Below, one piece after another: positions 1 to 9,860 of a stretch of DNA of 64,000 nucleotides (within the stretch, counting starts at the first letter, position 1; each line of letters begins with the position of its first letter). This stretch comes from Candidatus Latescibacterota bacterium (GTDB lineage Bacteria; Latescibacterota; UBA2968; GCA-2709665), in contig CAXXJS010000010.1 in assembly GCA_963662665.2 (NCBI GenBank), positions 192,001-256,000 of the forward strand, written 5' to 3'. The notes under the pieces were generated by a model, which saw only the letters and a list, made by a program, of their open reading frames with translations, was not told where the DNA came from and did no database searches. The position numbers and the translations under genes were made by a program.

Positions 1-132
1 ATCGCGTTGCACCATGCAGAGAAAGTAAGGGTCAGGCTGATGCCGACCTGCGAGGCGTTTCTGGACGCATTCGGACGGCCGCCGGACTTGCTTGGGAAAC
101 TGGTCGCCCCGTATCGGGAAGCGTGGCGATGA
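1..132 (+). CDS. 3' end of a gene running in from the window edge (unknown product)
   Basis: Frame 1 is open from base 1 to TGA at 130-132, overlapping the next ATG (ATGA coupling). Confidence 0.5.
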   Translation: MALHHAEKVRVRLMPTCEAFLDAFGRPPDLLGKLVAPYREAWR

Positions 133-374
133 CGGACTCCGATAGTCTCCGATATGCGATTCCTGCAGGCATCGGCCGGTACGAAAAAGAGATTGAACGC
201 AGCCGGTTCATTGCTACATTATCCCACGCAGGAACGGCGCATGCGGCGAAGTCGTTCATAGACCGGATACGTGCGGAGTTCCCCGACGCAAGTCACCATT
301 GCCGGGCATATCTGATCGGGCTGCCGGGGGTCTTTATGACAAATGCCCAGGTCAAGGGAGGCGTTGATGGATAA
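129..374 (+). pseudogene. yigZ: Truncated YigZ/IMPACT family protein (N-terminal part only)
   Basis: EIERSRFIA...FIDRIRAEFPDASHHCRAY matches the YigZ N-terminus; the SDDGEP motif and C-terminal half are missing. Confidence 0.7.
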
Positions 375-1596
375 GGCAGCACTATTGGGCGGCACGCCAG
401 TCAGAACCAAGCCGTTTCCATCCTGGCCGCAGTCGGACGGGCGCGACCTGGACTATCTGCGCGAAGTGCTGGGTACCAGTCTATGGGGAGGTACCATTCA
501 CGGTCCGAGGGTCTCGGCGTTCTGCGATGCGTTCGCACAATATGCGGATGCGCGGCACGGCGTGGGTATGGGCAGCTGTACGGCCGGGCTGGAGTTGTCC
601 CTCCGCGCATTTGGCATCGGACCGGGAGACGAAGTCATCGTCCCGGCATACACGTTCATCGCAACCGCGCTGGCGCCGCTTGCCATCGGCGCAGACATTG
701 TTTTCGTGGACATCGACCCGCGGACGTTCTGTGCAACACCGGAGACGATAGAAGAAGCCATATCACCGCGCACGAAAGCGGTGATTCCCGTCCATTTTGC
801 AGGGCACGCGGCCGACGTGGAAGGAATTCGGGCGTTGGCGGACAGGCACGAGCTGAAAGTTGTATGGGACGCGGCCCACGCGCACACGTCCGGTTGGCGG
901 GGCAAAATGATCGGCGGTCTGGGGGACGTGGCTGTCTACAGTTTCAACCATGCGAAGAATCTGACCTGCGGCGAGGGAGGGATTGTTACCACGAACGACG
1001 AAGGGCTGGCGGATTTTCTGAAGTTCACGCTGTCTACCTTCGGACGGAAGAAGGACCGGCCATGGTACGAACATCACCATCTGGGGTTTTCGGATCCGTT
1101 GACGGAGTTTCAAGGCGCCATTCTGCAGGCGCAGTTTGAGCGGCTGGAGGAGCAGAGCCTGAAGCGCGAGGCCAATGCCAGTTTGCTGATTCGAGGGCTG
1201 ACTGAAATTGAGGGGGTCGATCCACCATTTATCTCGCCCGAGGTCACACGCCACGGCTGGCACGTGTTTGTCATGACCTATAACGGAGACGCGTTCGAGG
1301 GGCTTCCCAGGGAGACGTTCCTGAGGGCGCTTGAAGCAGAGGGAATTTCGAACGGCGGGTATACCTACCCATTGTATGACAATCCGATGTTCAACACGGA
1401 AACGGGCGAGGTTGCCGGAGCGCAGGGCAGGTGCCGCGTGATGCCCTGTCCGGTGAGCGAATGGGCCTGCAGGGACGGCGTATTCAATATAGCACAATCG
1501 GCGCTTTTGGATGAGCCCGACGGGATGAACGATATCGTGACCGCGATCGAGAAAGTGAAAGCCAATACCAAAGAGCTGATGGACCTGAAGGAGTAA
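367..1596 (+). CDS. DegT/DnrJ/EryC1/StrS family PLP-dependent aminotransferase
   Basis: GDEVIVPAYTFIAT, PVHFAG, DAAHA, SFNHAKNLTCGEGG motifs; GGAGG RBS before ATG 367. Confidence 0.93.
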   Translation: MDKAALLGGTPVRTKPFPSWPQSDGRDLDYLREVLGTSLWGGTIHGPRVSAFCDAFAQYADARHGVGMGSCTAGLELSLRAFGIGPGDEVIVPAYTFIATALAPLAIGADIVFVDIDPRTFCATPETIEEAISPRTKAVIPVHFAGHAADVEGIRALADRHELKVVWDAAHAHTSGWRGKMIGGLGDVAVYSFNHAKNLTCGEGGIVTTNDEGLADFLKFTLSTFGRKKDRPWYEHHHLGFSDPLTEFQGAILQAQFERLEEQSLKREANASLLIRGLTEIEGVDPPFISPEVTRHGWHVFVMTYNGDAFEGLPRETFLRALEAEGISNGGYTYPLYDNPMFNTETGEVAGAQGRCRVMPCPVSEWACRDGVFNIAQSALLDEPDGMNDIVTAIEKVKANTKELMDLKE

Positions 1597-1599
1597 GCG

Positions 1600-2415
1600 A
1601 TGGCCGAGACGGTTGCACTGACACTGTCACAGCGGTATCATTTCGATACCTACGGGTACGTGCTGCTGGAAGACGCGTTGACGCCGGACCAGGTGGAGCG
1701 AATGAAGGCGGCGCTTTACCGTCTGAAGGCCAACCCGGCGGCCGCTTTGGGTGTTTATGTTCGTCCAAGAGGCGATCATCATGTGCTTTTTGGAAACCTG
1801 GTGGAGTACGACCCCGCCTTGCTGGAATATGCCGCCCACCCCGGGCTTGTGCCCCTGGTGGAAGAGGTGGTAGGCGGTGCGGTGCGGCTGGAGGAGACTG
1901 AGGCGATAATCAACCGGCGTGACCCGCAGGCGGATCTGAATCAACTTCGGAAGCGCCGGACCAATCCGACGGGTTTTCACAGGGGCACAACGGCGACGTG
2001 GGGCTGCTATACGGAGCAGGATCGGTACCACTGTATCTTTGTAAAGACGCTCGCCTATCTGACGGACGTGGGGCCGGACGACGGAGGCACCTGCCTGATT
2101 CCCGGCAGCCACCGGTTGACGTGGCCCCGGGAGGAGATGATCCGGGCGGCCATGGACGACGAACGGCTGATCCACCAGGTAGAGGCCAGGGCAGGTTCGG
2201 TGCTCCTGTTCGGGGAGTCGCTGATTCACAGCACTACTGCGATCCGGAGCGACAGAGAGCGGGTGATTCTGGTTGCGGGATACACGCCGCCGATGCTCCG
2301 CGAGTGGATGGGCAACGAAGTCAGCCCCGAATTTGTCGCGTCCCTGCCGGAAGAGATGCGCCCGCTGATTTCAGGCAGCGACAGCTGGAACTGGCGGCGG
2401 AATTATTCACAGTAG
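1600..2415 (+). CDS. Phytanoyl-CoA dioxygenase (PhyH) family protein
   Basis: FDTYGYVLL, YLTDVGPDDGGTCLIPGSH, AGSVLLF..LIH motifs. Confidence 0.88.
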   Translation: MAETVALTLSQRYHFDTYGYVLLEDALTPDQVERMKAALYRLKANPAAALGVYVRPRGDHHVLFGNLVEYDPALLEYAAHPGLVPLVEEVVGGAVRLEETEAIINRRDPQADLNQLRKRRTNPTGFHRGTTATWGCYTEQDRYHCIFVKTLAYLTDVGPDDGGTCLIPGSHRLTWPREEMIRAAMDDERLIHQVEARAGSVLLFGESLIHSTTAIRSDRERVILVAGYTPPMLREWMGNEVSPEFVASLPEEMRPLISGSDSWNWRRNYSQ

Positions 2416-2442
2416 AGTTGATTCTTTCAAGGAGTTTTCCCA

Positions 2443-3186
2443 ATGGCGGACGAGCGTGTATTTGTAGGGGATCTGACCCGGACCGAATTTCGGGAGCGTA
2501 TGGAGTCGGGTGTGATTCAGGCGGCAATTGTGCCAACCGGCGCCACGGAGCAGCACAACGAGCACCTGGAGATGATTCACGATGCATTTCACGTGAGTCA
2601 CGTCGCGGAACAGGCTGCCAGACGGCTTCATCCCCGGGTTGTGGTGGCCTCACCCGTAAGCATTGGCGTATCGGAGCAGTGGATGGCGCATATCGGGACC
2701 CTGACGGTTCGGCCGGAGATCTTCTGCGAGTACGTTTACGACGTCTGCGATTCACTCCGGCGGGCGGGTATCGGGAATATACTGATTCTGAACGGCCACG
2801 GGGGCAACGTGAAGCCACTCATGCGCCGCATCGACGAGTACCGGGATCGGCTGGGCGTGAATCTCCGGTTTCAGTCGTACTGGGACGTGTACGATCCCGC
2901 GCTCGTTTTTTCGACGATGGAAACCAGACGTCTGCCCGGACATGCCTGTGAATACGAAACCTCAACGATGATGGCGCTCGCTCCGGAAAGGGTACACGCG
3001 GAGGCAATTGTCAATGAGGCTGCGATGCTGGCAACGAAGGAAAAAGGCGATCGGCTGCTCGGTCCGGCGGTTGAGGGTGTTGCGGACGTGCTGAGCAGCA
3101 TGATTGCGGGAAAAGCGGTGAACAGGCCTCCGGTCACGTACGTGGATGGGCAGCGCATTCACATGGTAACCGGCGACACGGTCTAG
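2443..3186 (+). CDS. Creatininase family protein
   Basis: PTGATEQH, NGHGGN, GHACEYETS motifs. Confidence 0.92.
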   Translation: MADERVFVGDLTRTEFRERMESGVIQAAIVPTGATEQHNEHLEMIHDAFHVSHVAEQAARRLHPRVVVASPVSIGVSEQWMAHIGTLTVRPEIFCEYVYDVCDSLRRAGIGNILILNGHGGNVKPLMRRIDEYRDRLGVNLRFQSYWDVYDPALVFSTMETRRLPGHACEYETSTMMALAPERVHAEAIVNEAAMLATKEKGDRLLGPAVEGVADVLSSMIAGKAVNRPPVTYVDGQRIHMVTGDTV

Positions 3187-3253
3187 CGTCCCATGGCGTT
3201 GCGCGTCACGCCGCCGCGCCTGTGCCGAAAGCGTGGTGGCGTGTGGGAAAAAA

Positions 3254-3328
3254 TGGAGCCGCCCGGGGGGTTCGAACCCCCGACCTACGGATTACAAATC
3301 CGTTGCTCTACCACTGAGCTAGGGCGGC
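3254..3328 (-). tRNA. tRNA-Thr (UGU)
   Basis: Reverse complement GCCGCCCTAGCTCAGTGGTAGAGCAACGGATTTGTAATCCGTAGGTCGGGGGTTCGAACCCCCCGGGCGGCTCCA: cloverleaf, TGT anticodon, encoded CCA. Confidence 0.97.
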
Positions 3329-3406
3329 TTGAATTGACGACCTGTTTCGTCACATTTGAAATGAACGCCAGGGCAGCGATACTGCCCGGATGGCGCTTGC
3401 GGTTCA

Positions 3407-4819
3407 TCAAGACCGCTTCCAGATCGTACCCTCCGGTGTGTCCTCCAGCGTGTAGCCCATTTCGGTGAACCGGTCCCGAATCTCGTCCGCCCGAGCCCAA
3501 TTCCTCTCCTCCCGCGCCTGGTCGCGTTCCGCGATCAGCACCGCAAGATCCCCCGGAAGTTCCTCCTCCCGGGCATCGTCTGCAGCCCCGTCGAAAACCC
3601 CCAGGACCTGATCGATCTCGTCCAGAAAGCCGTCGATCAGGCCGGCGCCGTCCCGGTCCATTCGTCCCGCACGGAGCAGATCCTCTACCCCATTTACCAT
3701 CTCAAATACGGCGCTCATCGCGCGCGGCGTGTTCAAGTCGTCATCCATAAACCCGACGAACCCCTCGCGGGCCGCGTCGACCTGCGACGTCACGTCCTCC
3801 CCTCCGCACTTCCGCGTGACTTCGCTCAGCCTGCGCCTGAAGTTGTCCAGCCTTCGCATGGTATTCCGGGCGGCGTCTAGCACTTCCGCGGAGAAATTGA
3901 ACGCGGTACGATAATGATTGCTCACCACCAGGTACCGGAAAGCGCGCGCGTCATCGGGCGTATTCACGATATCCCGCACGGTCAGGAAGTTGCCGAGGCT
4001 CTTGGACATCTTTTCGTCGTCGACATTGATATGCGCGCCGTGCAGCCAGTAATTGACGAAGCGTTTTCCCGTGACTGCCTCGCTCTGCGCGATCTCGTTC
4101 TGATGGTGCGGGAATATCAGGTCCACCGCCCCGGCGTGGATGTCGATGGTTTCCCCGAGATATCTGATGGACATGCAGGAGCACTCCATATGCCAGCCCG
4201 GCCTTCCCGTACCCAGATCCGTTTTCCAGAAAACGTCTCCGTCCTCCGGCTTCCACTTCTTCCACAACACGAAATCCCGTGCGTCGTCCTTGTCGTACTT
4301 GTCCGTATCCACACCGCTGGCGCCTGCCTGGAGTCCGGAAACGTCCAGTCGCGCCAGTTCCCCGTACGAAGGAAAGCTCCGTATCGAAAAATACACGGAT
4401 CCGTCGTGCACGTATGCGTGACCGTCTTCAATCATCCGCGCGATCATTTCCACCATATCGGGGATGTGGTCCGTCGCTCTCGGATAGTGATCGGCCGGGC
4501 GCACGTTCAACGTTTCCATATCCTCGAAAAACGCGGCTGTAAACCGCTCGGTGAGCGCCTTCAGCGTTGTCTTTTCTTCGCGCACTTTACCGATAATATT
4601 GTCGTCCACGTCCGTGATATTCATCACGTGGCAGACCTGATAGCCCCGGTAATCCAGATAGCGCTTGATCAGGTCGAAGACGACAAATGTCTTGAAATTC
4701 CCGATATGGGAATAATCGTGAACCGTGGGCCCGCAACTGTAGAACGTGACCTTGCCGGGCTCAATCTCTTTGAAGTCCTCTTTTTCCCGGGTCAGACTGT
4801 TGAAGAGTCGAATGGCCAT
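3407..4819 (-). CDS. cysS: Cysteine--tRNA ligase
   Basis: CGPTV, HIGN, GRPGWHMECS, FPHHQNE, KMSKSLGN motifs. Confidence 0.97.
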   Translation of the reverse strand: MAIRLFNSLTREKEDFKEIEPGKVTFYSCGPTVHDYSHIGNFKTFVVFDLIKRYLDYRGYQVCHVMNITDVDDNIIGKVREEKTTLKALTERFTAAFFEDMETLNVRPADHYPRATDHIPDMVEMIARMIEDGHAYVHDGSVYFSIRSFPSYGELARLDVSGLQAGASGVDTDKYDKDDARDFVLWKKWKPEDGDVFWKTDLGTGRPGWHMECSCMSIRYLGETIDIHAGAVDLIFPHHQNEIAQSEAVTGKRFVNYWLHGAHINVDDEKMSKSLGNFLTVRDIVNTPDDARAFRYLVVSNHYRTAFNFSAEVLDAARNTMRRLDNFRRRLSEVTRKCGGEDVTSQVDAAREGFVGFMDDDLNTPRAMSAVFEMVNGVEDLLRAGRMDRDGAGLIDGFLDEIDQVLGVFDGAADDAREEELPGDLAVLIAERDQAREERNWARADEIRDRFTEMGYTLEDTPEGTIWKRS

Positions 4820-4822
4820 TGA

Positions 4823-4860
4823 CGTTCCCTCGTACTCTCGTTCCCTCGTACTCTCGTTCC
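4823..4860. repeat. Short tandem repeat (CGTTCCCTCGTACTCT x~2.4) between ddl and cysS
   Basis: 16-nt unit read directly from the sequence. Confidence 0.8.
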
Positions 4861-4879
4861 GCAACCCTGTCGCGCACGG

Positions 4880-5983
4880 CTATAAGGAGGTTTTCAACCG
4901 CCGCTCCCGACCGTGTCGTTTAAACGCGAGCTGAATCAGGCGGTCGACCAGTTCCGTATAGGACATTCCGCTCGCTTCCCACAGTTTCGGATACATACTG
5001 ATCCGCGTAAAGCCGGGAATGGTATTGATTTCGTTGATCAGCACGTCGTCCCGGCCGCGCACAAAGCAATCCACGCGAGCCATTCCCTCACAGCATAGCA
5101 CCTTGTAAGCCTGAATGGCCAACGCCTGAACGGTGTGTACCGTCGCCCGTGGAAGATCCGCCGGAATTGCCAGTCCGGCTCCCTGCTCATCGATATATTT
5201 CGCTTCATACGTGTAGAACCGGTGATGCGGTATAATCTCACCGGGAACGGACGCGACGGGATCTTCGTTGCCCAGCACCGAGACCTCGATTTCGCGGCCC
5301 CCCGCGTCTGCCTCGACCAGGACCTTGTGGTCGTACTGAAACGCAAGTTCGAGCGCATCGGCAAACATCTCAGGCCCGTCTACCCGGCTCACGCCCACCG
5401 ACGAACCCAGATTGGCCGGCTTTACAAAAACGGGCATTCCGAGCCGGCTCACAACCGCATCGAAATCAATTCGAACGCTGGACCGGGAGAATGCCAGAAA
5501 GTCAGGAGTCGGAATGCCGGCTTCCCGCAGCAGGCGTTTCATGACGTCTTTATCCATCGCAACGGCCGAACCCAGTACACCGGCGCCAACGAATGGAATA
5601 TCGGCCAGTTTCAACATACCCTGAATGGTGCCGTCCTCGCCAAACGGCCCGTGCAGAACGGGAAACACGACGTCCAGCGCTTCCAGCCGTTCATGGTCGG
5701 ACGAACGAACGAGATGTGCACCGCCGGCGCCCCGCGGCACCAGCATCACGCCGGCATCCGTGTCGTCTGCCGTCAGCGCGGGGAGTTCCGACCCGGCAGC
5801 TTCTACATAGAGATCAGACGGAGCACTCAGGCGCCAGTTTCCTCCTCGGTCGATTCCAACCAATACCACTTCGTATTTGCTCTTGTCAATTGCCTGTATG
5901 ACGTTCCTGGCGGATTTCAGCGACACTTCGTGTTCGGCTGACTTTCCCCCGAAAAGCACACCCACGCGGATCTTTTTGCTCAT
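4880..5983 (-). CDS. ddl: D-alanine--D-alanine ligase
   Basis: [38 protein letters not shown]. Confidence 0.96.
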   Translation of the reverse strand: MSKKIRVGVLFGGKSAEHEVSLKSARNVIQAIDKSKYEVVLVGIDRGGNWRLSAPSDLYVEAAGSELPALTADDTDAGVMLVPRGAGGAHLVRSSDHERLEALDVVFPVLHGPFGEDGTIQGMLKLADIPFVGAGVLGSAVAMDKDVMKRLLREAGIPTPDFLAFSRSSVRIDFDAVVSRLGMPVFVKPANLGSSVGVSRVDGPEMFADALELAFQYDHKVLVEADAGGREIEVSVLGNEDPVASVPGEIIPHHRFYTYEAKYIDEQGAGLAIPADLPRATVHTVQALAIQAYKVLCCEGMARVDCFVRGRDDVLINEINTIPGFTRISMYPKLWEASGMSYTELVDRLIQLAFKRHGRERRLKTSL

Positions 5984-6053
5984 CGAGGTTTCCTCAACTG
6001 AAAATTGGCGCCCGTACGCTCAATTCCGGTAGGCCCTGCAATGCGGCCGGCTG

Positions 6054-6740
6054 TCAGGGCGCCCCGGAATCCGATGGTGTTTGATCTCCGCAATCCTTCG
6101 ATGCTGACCGGCCCTTCTTTCTTCGCCACAGCCAGAACCCGATCCCGCCTGCGACCATCAGTACCAGTATTACCCGATTGTAGGCCCTCATTACGTCGAC
6201 CACCAGACCCCAGTTTTCGCCCACCTTCAAACCGAAATACACCAGCAGGCTGTTCCAGAGAAGTGTACTCAGGACGACGTATATGAGCATCCTGACCGGG
6301 TGTACCCTGCTGATCCCGGCCACGATCCCGACAAACGCTCGTACGGTAGGCAAAAACCGGTTGAAAATCACAATCCGATCGCCATACCGCAAGAAACCTG
6401 CCTCCACCCGGTTCAGGTTCTTCTCTGAAAAAACCCGGGACCTGATACCCAGAAAGAATGCACGACCTTTCCAGTACGCCACCGCGTAAACCAGCAGACA
6501 TCCCAATGTGCTGCCCAGCCACATCACCACGTATGCCGGCGCCAACGGTACAATACCCATACCCGCGAGATAAGCGCCAAATACAATAAGGGTATCTCCC
6601 GGAATCGGCGGTATCAGATTCTCCAGGAAGGCGCCGAGAAACAAAAAAAAACAGATCAATTCCGGGGGCTGATCACTCAGAGTCAGCAACAACTGCTCCC
6701 ATGCCCGCGACACCCACGAAAGATCGAACAGAAAATCCAA
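6054..6740 (-). CDS. DedA family membrane protein
   Basis: ENLIPPIPGD and RFLPTVR motifs, hydrophobic segments. Confidence 0.9.
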   Translation of the reverse strand: MDFLFDLSWVSRAWEQLLLTLSDQPPELICFFLFLGAFLENLIPPIPGDTLIVFGAYLAGMGIVPLAPAYVVMWLGSTLGCLLVYAVAYWKGRAFFLGIRSRVFSEKNLNRVEAGFLRYGDRIVIFNRFLPTVRAFVGIVAGISRVHPVRMLIYVVLSTLLWNSLLVYFGLKVGENWGLVVDVMRAYNRVILVLMVAGGIGFWLWRRKKGRSASKDCGDQTPSDSGAP

Positions 6741-6754
6741 CCAGTCCTCCAGGT

Positions 6755-7960
6755 TTATTCCGCAGTTGCTCTTCCCTGATCCTGCGCCGGAACCCCCGGC
6801 GCGACCAGCGCGATCGCCTGAGCGGCAATTCCTTCCTCCGCTCCTACAAATCCCAGACCCTCGGTCGTGGTTGCCTTTACCGAAACCCGTTCCGCCGGGA
6901 CTCCGAGCGCCCCGGCTATTTTCACCCGCATATCCGAAATGTACGGCGAAATCTTCGGGCGCTGTGCAATAACGGTTGCGTCCACGTTCATGATCTCCGC
7001 ACCGCCGTCACGGACCAGCCCCGACACCCGCTCCAGCAGAATCAGACTCGAAATACCCGCATACGCCGGATCGGCATCCGGAAAGCGCCTGCCGATGTCG
7101 CCCAGGCCCATAGCACCTAGAACGGCATCCGCAACCGCATGGGAGAGCACATCGGCGTCGGAGTGCCCCTGAAGACCCCGGTCGAATGGAACCGGCACAC
7201 CGCCCAGAATCAGAGGGCGGCCCGCAACCAGCCGGTGCACGTCGTAACCCTGCCCGGCGCGCAGATTCGACGGTACGTTCCCGGCTCTGGATCTCAAGAT
7301 GGATTCGGCCATTGCCAGATCCTCAGGCGCCGTAATTTTCAGATTATCCTCCCGGCCCGTCACCACGTATACCGGCACATTCAGTTGTTCCAAAAGCGAC
7401 GTGTCGTCGGTACCTGTGTACCCACATCGGGCGGCCACTTCGTGTGCCCGATGCAATATCGGTGCGCGAAACGCCTGAGGGGTCTGGACGCGCCACAGCC
7501 GTGAACGGTCCAGCGTATGCAACACACGCCCGTTGTCGATTTCCTTGATCGTATCCGTTACGGGCGTACCCAGAACCGCCGAACCCTTCTCACGCGCCAG
7601 ATCGATGACAGCGTCAATCTGTTCGGGCAGAACCAGCGGCCGCGCCCCATCATGCACGACAATGACGCCGGCGTCTTCCGGTACCGCCCGAAGACCCTCC
7701 GCAACAGAATCCTGGCGCTGCTCCCCTCCCGTCACCACGGCGGTTACCTTGCTTATGCCCCACTCGCGAACGACCTTCCTGCATCGATCCACGCTATCCG
7801 CCAGCGTGACGAGCACAACGCGTTCGACCTGTTCTGCACGCTCGAAGGCCGCTAACGCATGGACAAGCATCGGCCGCCCTGCCAGGTCAATGAATTGCTT
7901 CGGCAGGACGCTCCCCATCCGCCGACCGGAGCCGGCGGCAAGCAGGATCGCGTAAACCAT
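6755..7960 (-). CDS. ispDF: Bifunctional IspD/IspF (MEP pathway)
   Basis: LAAGSGRRMG..PKQF, HDGARP, QTPQ (IspD); GYDVH, GHSDADV, KATTTEGLG (IspF). Confidence 0.96.
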   Translation of the reverse strand: MVYAILLAAGSGRRMGSVLPKQFIDLAGRPMLVHALAAFERAEQVERVVLVTLADSVDRCRKVVREWGISKVTAVVTGGEQRQDSVAEGLRAVPEDAGVIVVHDGARPLVLPEQIDAVIDLAREKGSAVLGTPVTDTIKEIDNGRVLHTLDRSRLWRVQTPQAFRAPILHRAHEVAARCGYTGTDDTSLLEQLNVPVYVVTGREDNLKITAPEDLAMAESILRSRAGNVPSNLRAGQGYDVHRLVAGRPLILGGVPVPFDRGLQGHSDADVLSHAVADAVLGAMGLGDIGRRFPDADPAYAGISSLILLERVSGLVRDGGAEIMNVDATVIAQRPKISPYISDMRVKIAGALGVPAERVSVKATTTEGLGFVGAEEGIAAQAIALVAPGVPAQDQGRATAE

Positions 7961-7986
7961 AGAGAACCACGAATCTTTCCCGCCGC

Positions 7987-9024
7987 TCACAAAATCAACA
8001 TCGCGTCACCGTAGCTGTAGAATCTATACCGCTTCCGCACCGCCTCTTCGTACGCCTCCAAAATGAACGTACGATCCGCAAATGCGGAAACAAGCATCAG
8101 CAGCGTCGATCCGGGCAGGTGAAAATTGGTGACCAGCGTGTCTATCAGCTTGAACCTGTACGGAGGATAGACAAATAACCGGGTCCAGCCCGATCCGGCA
8201 TTCAGATTCCAGCCGCCGGTCGTTCGCGACGCCGACGACTCGAGTGCACGCACGGTGGTTGTGCCCACCGCCACCACGCGCGCGCCATTCCGCCGGCATG
8301 CGTTCACCTTTCCCGCGGCGTCCGGACCAATCTCGAAGTATTCCGCGTCCATTTCGTGCCGCCGGGGATCTTCCGCGTCCACGGGCCTGAACGTGCCCGG
8401 ACCCACGTGGAGCAGCACCCGGACGATCTCCACGCCGGACGCCCGGATCCGATCCAGGAGACCGGACGTAAAATGCAGACCGGCGGTAGGCGCCGCAACC
8501 GCCCCCGGGGTTCGCGCATACACCGACTGATATCGATCTCTATCCGTCGGCTGCTCTTCACGTCTGATATATGGCGGCAGTGGGATGCGTCCCTGGCTCT
8601 TCAGTACCGCTTCCACTGTCACACCGCCCTTGAACCGGACCAGCCGCCGTCCGGACGGTAGAACAGCCGTCACTTCCGCAACGAGATCCACGTTGGGGAA
8701 GGCCACCTCCGCGCCCTTCCGAAGCCGGCGGCCCGGCCGCGCCAATACTTCCCAGCATTCCCCGTCGCCACGGACCAGCAAGAGTTCCACGGCCCCTCGG
8801 GTGCCGGGGCGGTACCCATTGAGGCGGGCAGGAAAAACGCGCGTTTCATTGACGACCAGGCAATCTCCGGGACGCAGAAAATCCGGAAACGACTTGAACA
8901 CGGTATGGTGAAGCCGCCTGGCTTTCCGATCCACAACCATCAACCGGGCGCCGTCCCGTTCCGGGGCCGGGTACTGGGCGATCAATTCCTCGGGAAGCGC
9001 GTAATCGTAGTCGGCAAGGATCAT
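7987..9024 (-). CDS. queA: S-adenosylmethionine:tRNA ribosyltransferase-isomerase
   Basis: PLPPYI, AAPTAGLHF, LHVGPGTF, TNFHLP, YRFYSYGDAM. Confidence 0.97.
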   Translation of the reverse strand: MILADYDYALPEELIAQYPAPERDGARLMVVDRKARRLHHTVFKSFPDFLRPGDCLVVNETRVFPARLNGYRPGTRGAVELLLVRGDGECWEVLARPGRRLRKGAEVAFPNVDLVAEVTAVLPSGRRLVRFKGGVTVEAVLKSQGRIPLPPYIRREEQPTDRDRYQSVYARTPGAVAAPTAGLHFTSGLLDRIRASGVEIVRVLLHVGPGTFRPVDAEDPRRHEMDAEYFEIGPDAAGKVNACRRNGARVVAVGTTTVRALESSASRTTGGWNLNAGSGWTRLFVYPPYRFKLIDTLVTNFHLPGSTLLMLVSAFADRTFILEAYEEAVRKRYRFYSYGDAMLIL

Positions 9025-9199
9025 GGAACCCGATGTTCGGAGTCAGGAATGCCGGGACATTATCGCCGCCGTTACGGCCCGACCGGCGGTTTTGCAGGTC
9101 TGCTGATTTCTGTGTGCTGACCCGCGAGCCCTCGCCCGCGGCATCTGCCTGTCAGGACGGCCTTGAGAACCACTTCATGCCGGCGCCGCCCCACTTACG

Positions 9200-9424
9200 T
9201 TACCGCCGGGAAATCAGGTTCAGAACCACGGTCAGGACGATACTGACCACAATACAGGTTACAATTGGAAAATAAAGCCTGAAACCCTCCCGGCGGACGA
9301 CAATATCCCCCGGCAGCCGCCCTGCAAAAGGAATCCTGTCTCCGACCCACAGCAAAAAACCCGCCGCAAACAATAGAATTCCCACAATCATCAGGGCCCT
9401 GCCAATGCAGGAAAACCCGCTCAC
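9200..9424 (-). CDS. DUF2905 family small membrane protein
   Basis: GRLPGDI...YFPIVTCIVVS signature; commonly found next to queA. Confidence 0.85.
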   Translation of the reverse strand: MSGFSCIGRALMIVGILLFAAGFLLWVGDRIPFAGRLPGDIVVRREGFRLYFPIVTCIVVSIVLTVVLNLISRR

Positions 9425-9708
9425 GACGTCCGCCTTTCATAGAAGGCAGAACTTACAGAAATCTCGAACCGGCGTCAAGGCATTGCGTCCCGAATTGAGA
9501 TTCTGCAACAAGAGGGCGGAAAGCCGGAGCCTGGCACGTCCGGCCTTTGTGAATACCCCGAACGCCAGGTCGCAGCTTCTGCTGTTTTCGCCGTGTGCCC
9601 ACAAAAACACCAGACGTGAATCACGCCACGCCGCAACGGCGGGCCGATTCACGTCTGGTGTCTCGCACGGGACGTCCAGCAGCCCGCTGAAAGAGTCCAT
9701 CCCGACTG

Positions 9709-9860
9709 CTCGTGTCCTGTCCCCAAAATATCTCACCATTCGGCCGCCGATTCATCCGGTCTTGCTACGTTGGGCCGACCTGCCCAGGTCGGAGGCGCCT
9801 TGCGAAACGGGCGACTCGACGGCCGAATTCAGACAACTTATTTCCCGGACAGAACACTAG
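9709..9860. mobile_element. MITE family B, copy 1 (IS630-type ends)
   Basis: Imperfect TIRs CTCGTGTCCTGTCCCCAAAATA / TATTTCCCGGACAGAACACTAG; body matches 43909-44035. Confidence 0.8.

Noticed and set aside
3254-3328. tRNA-Thr as a prophage or island attachment site
   Set aside because: No integrase and no duplicated tRNA 3' end found in the window.
9453-9508. Short inverted repeat TTACAGAAATCTC...GAGATTCTGCAA resembling IS ends
   Set aside because: Single imperfect occurrence with no second copy or target duplication in the window.
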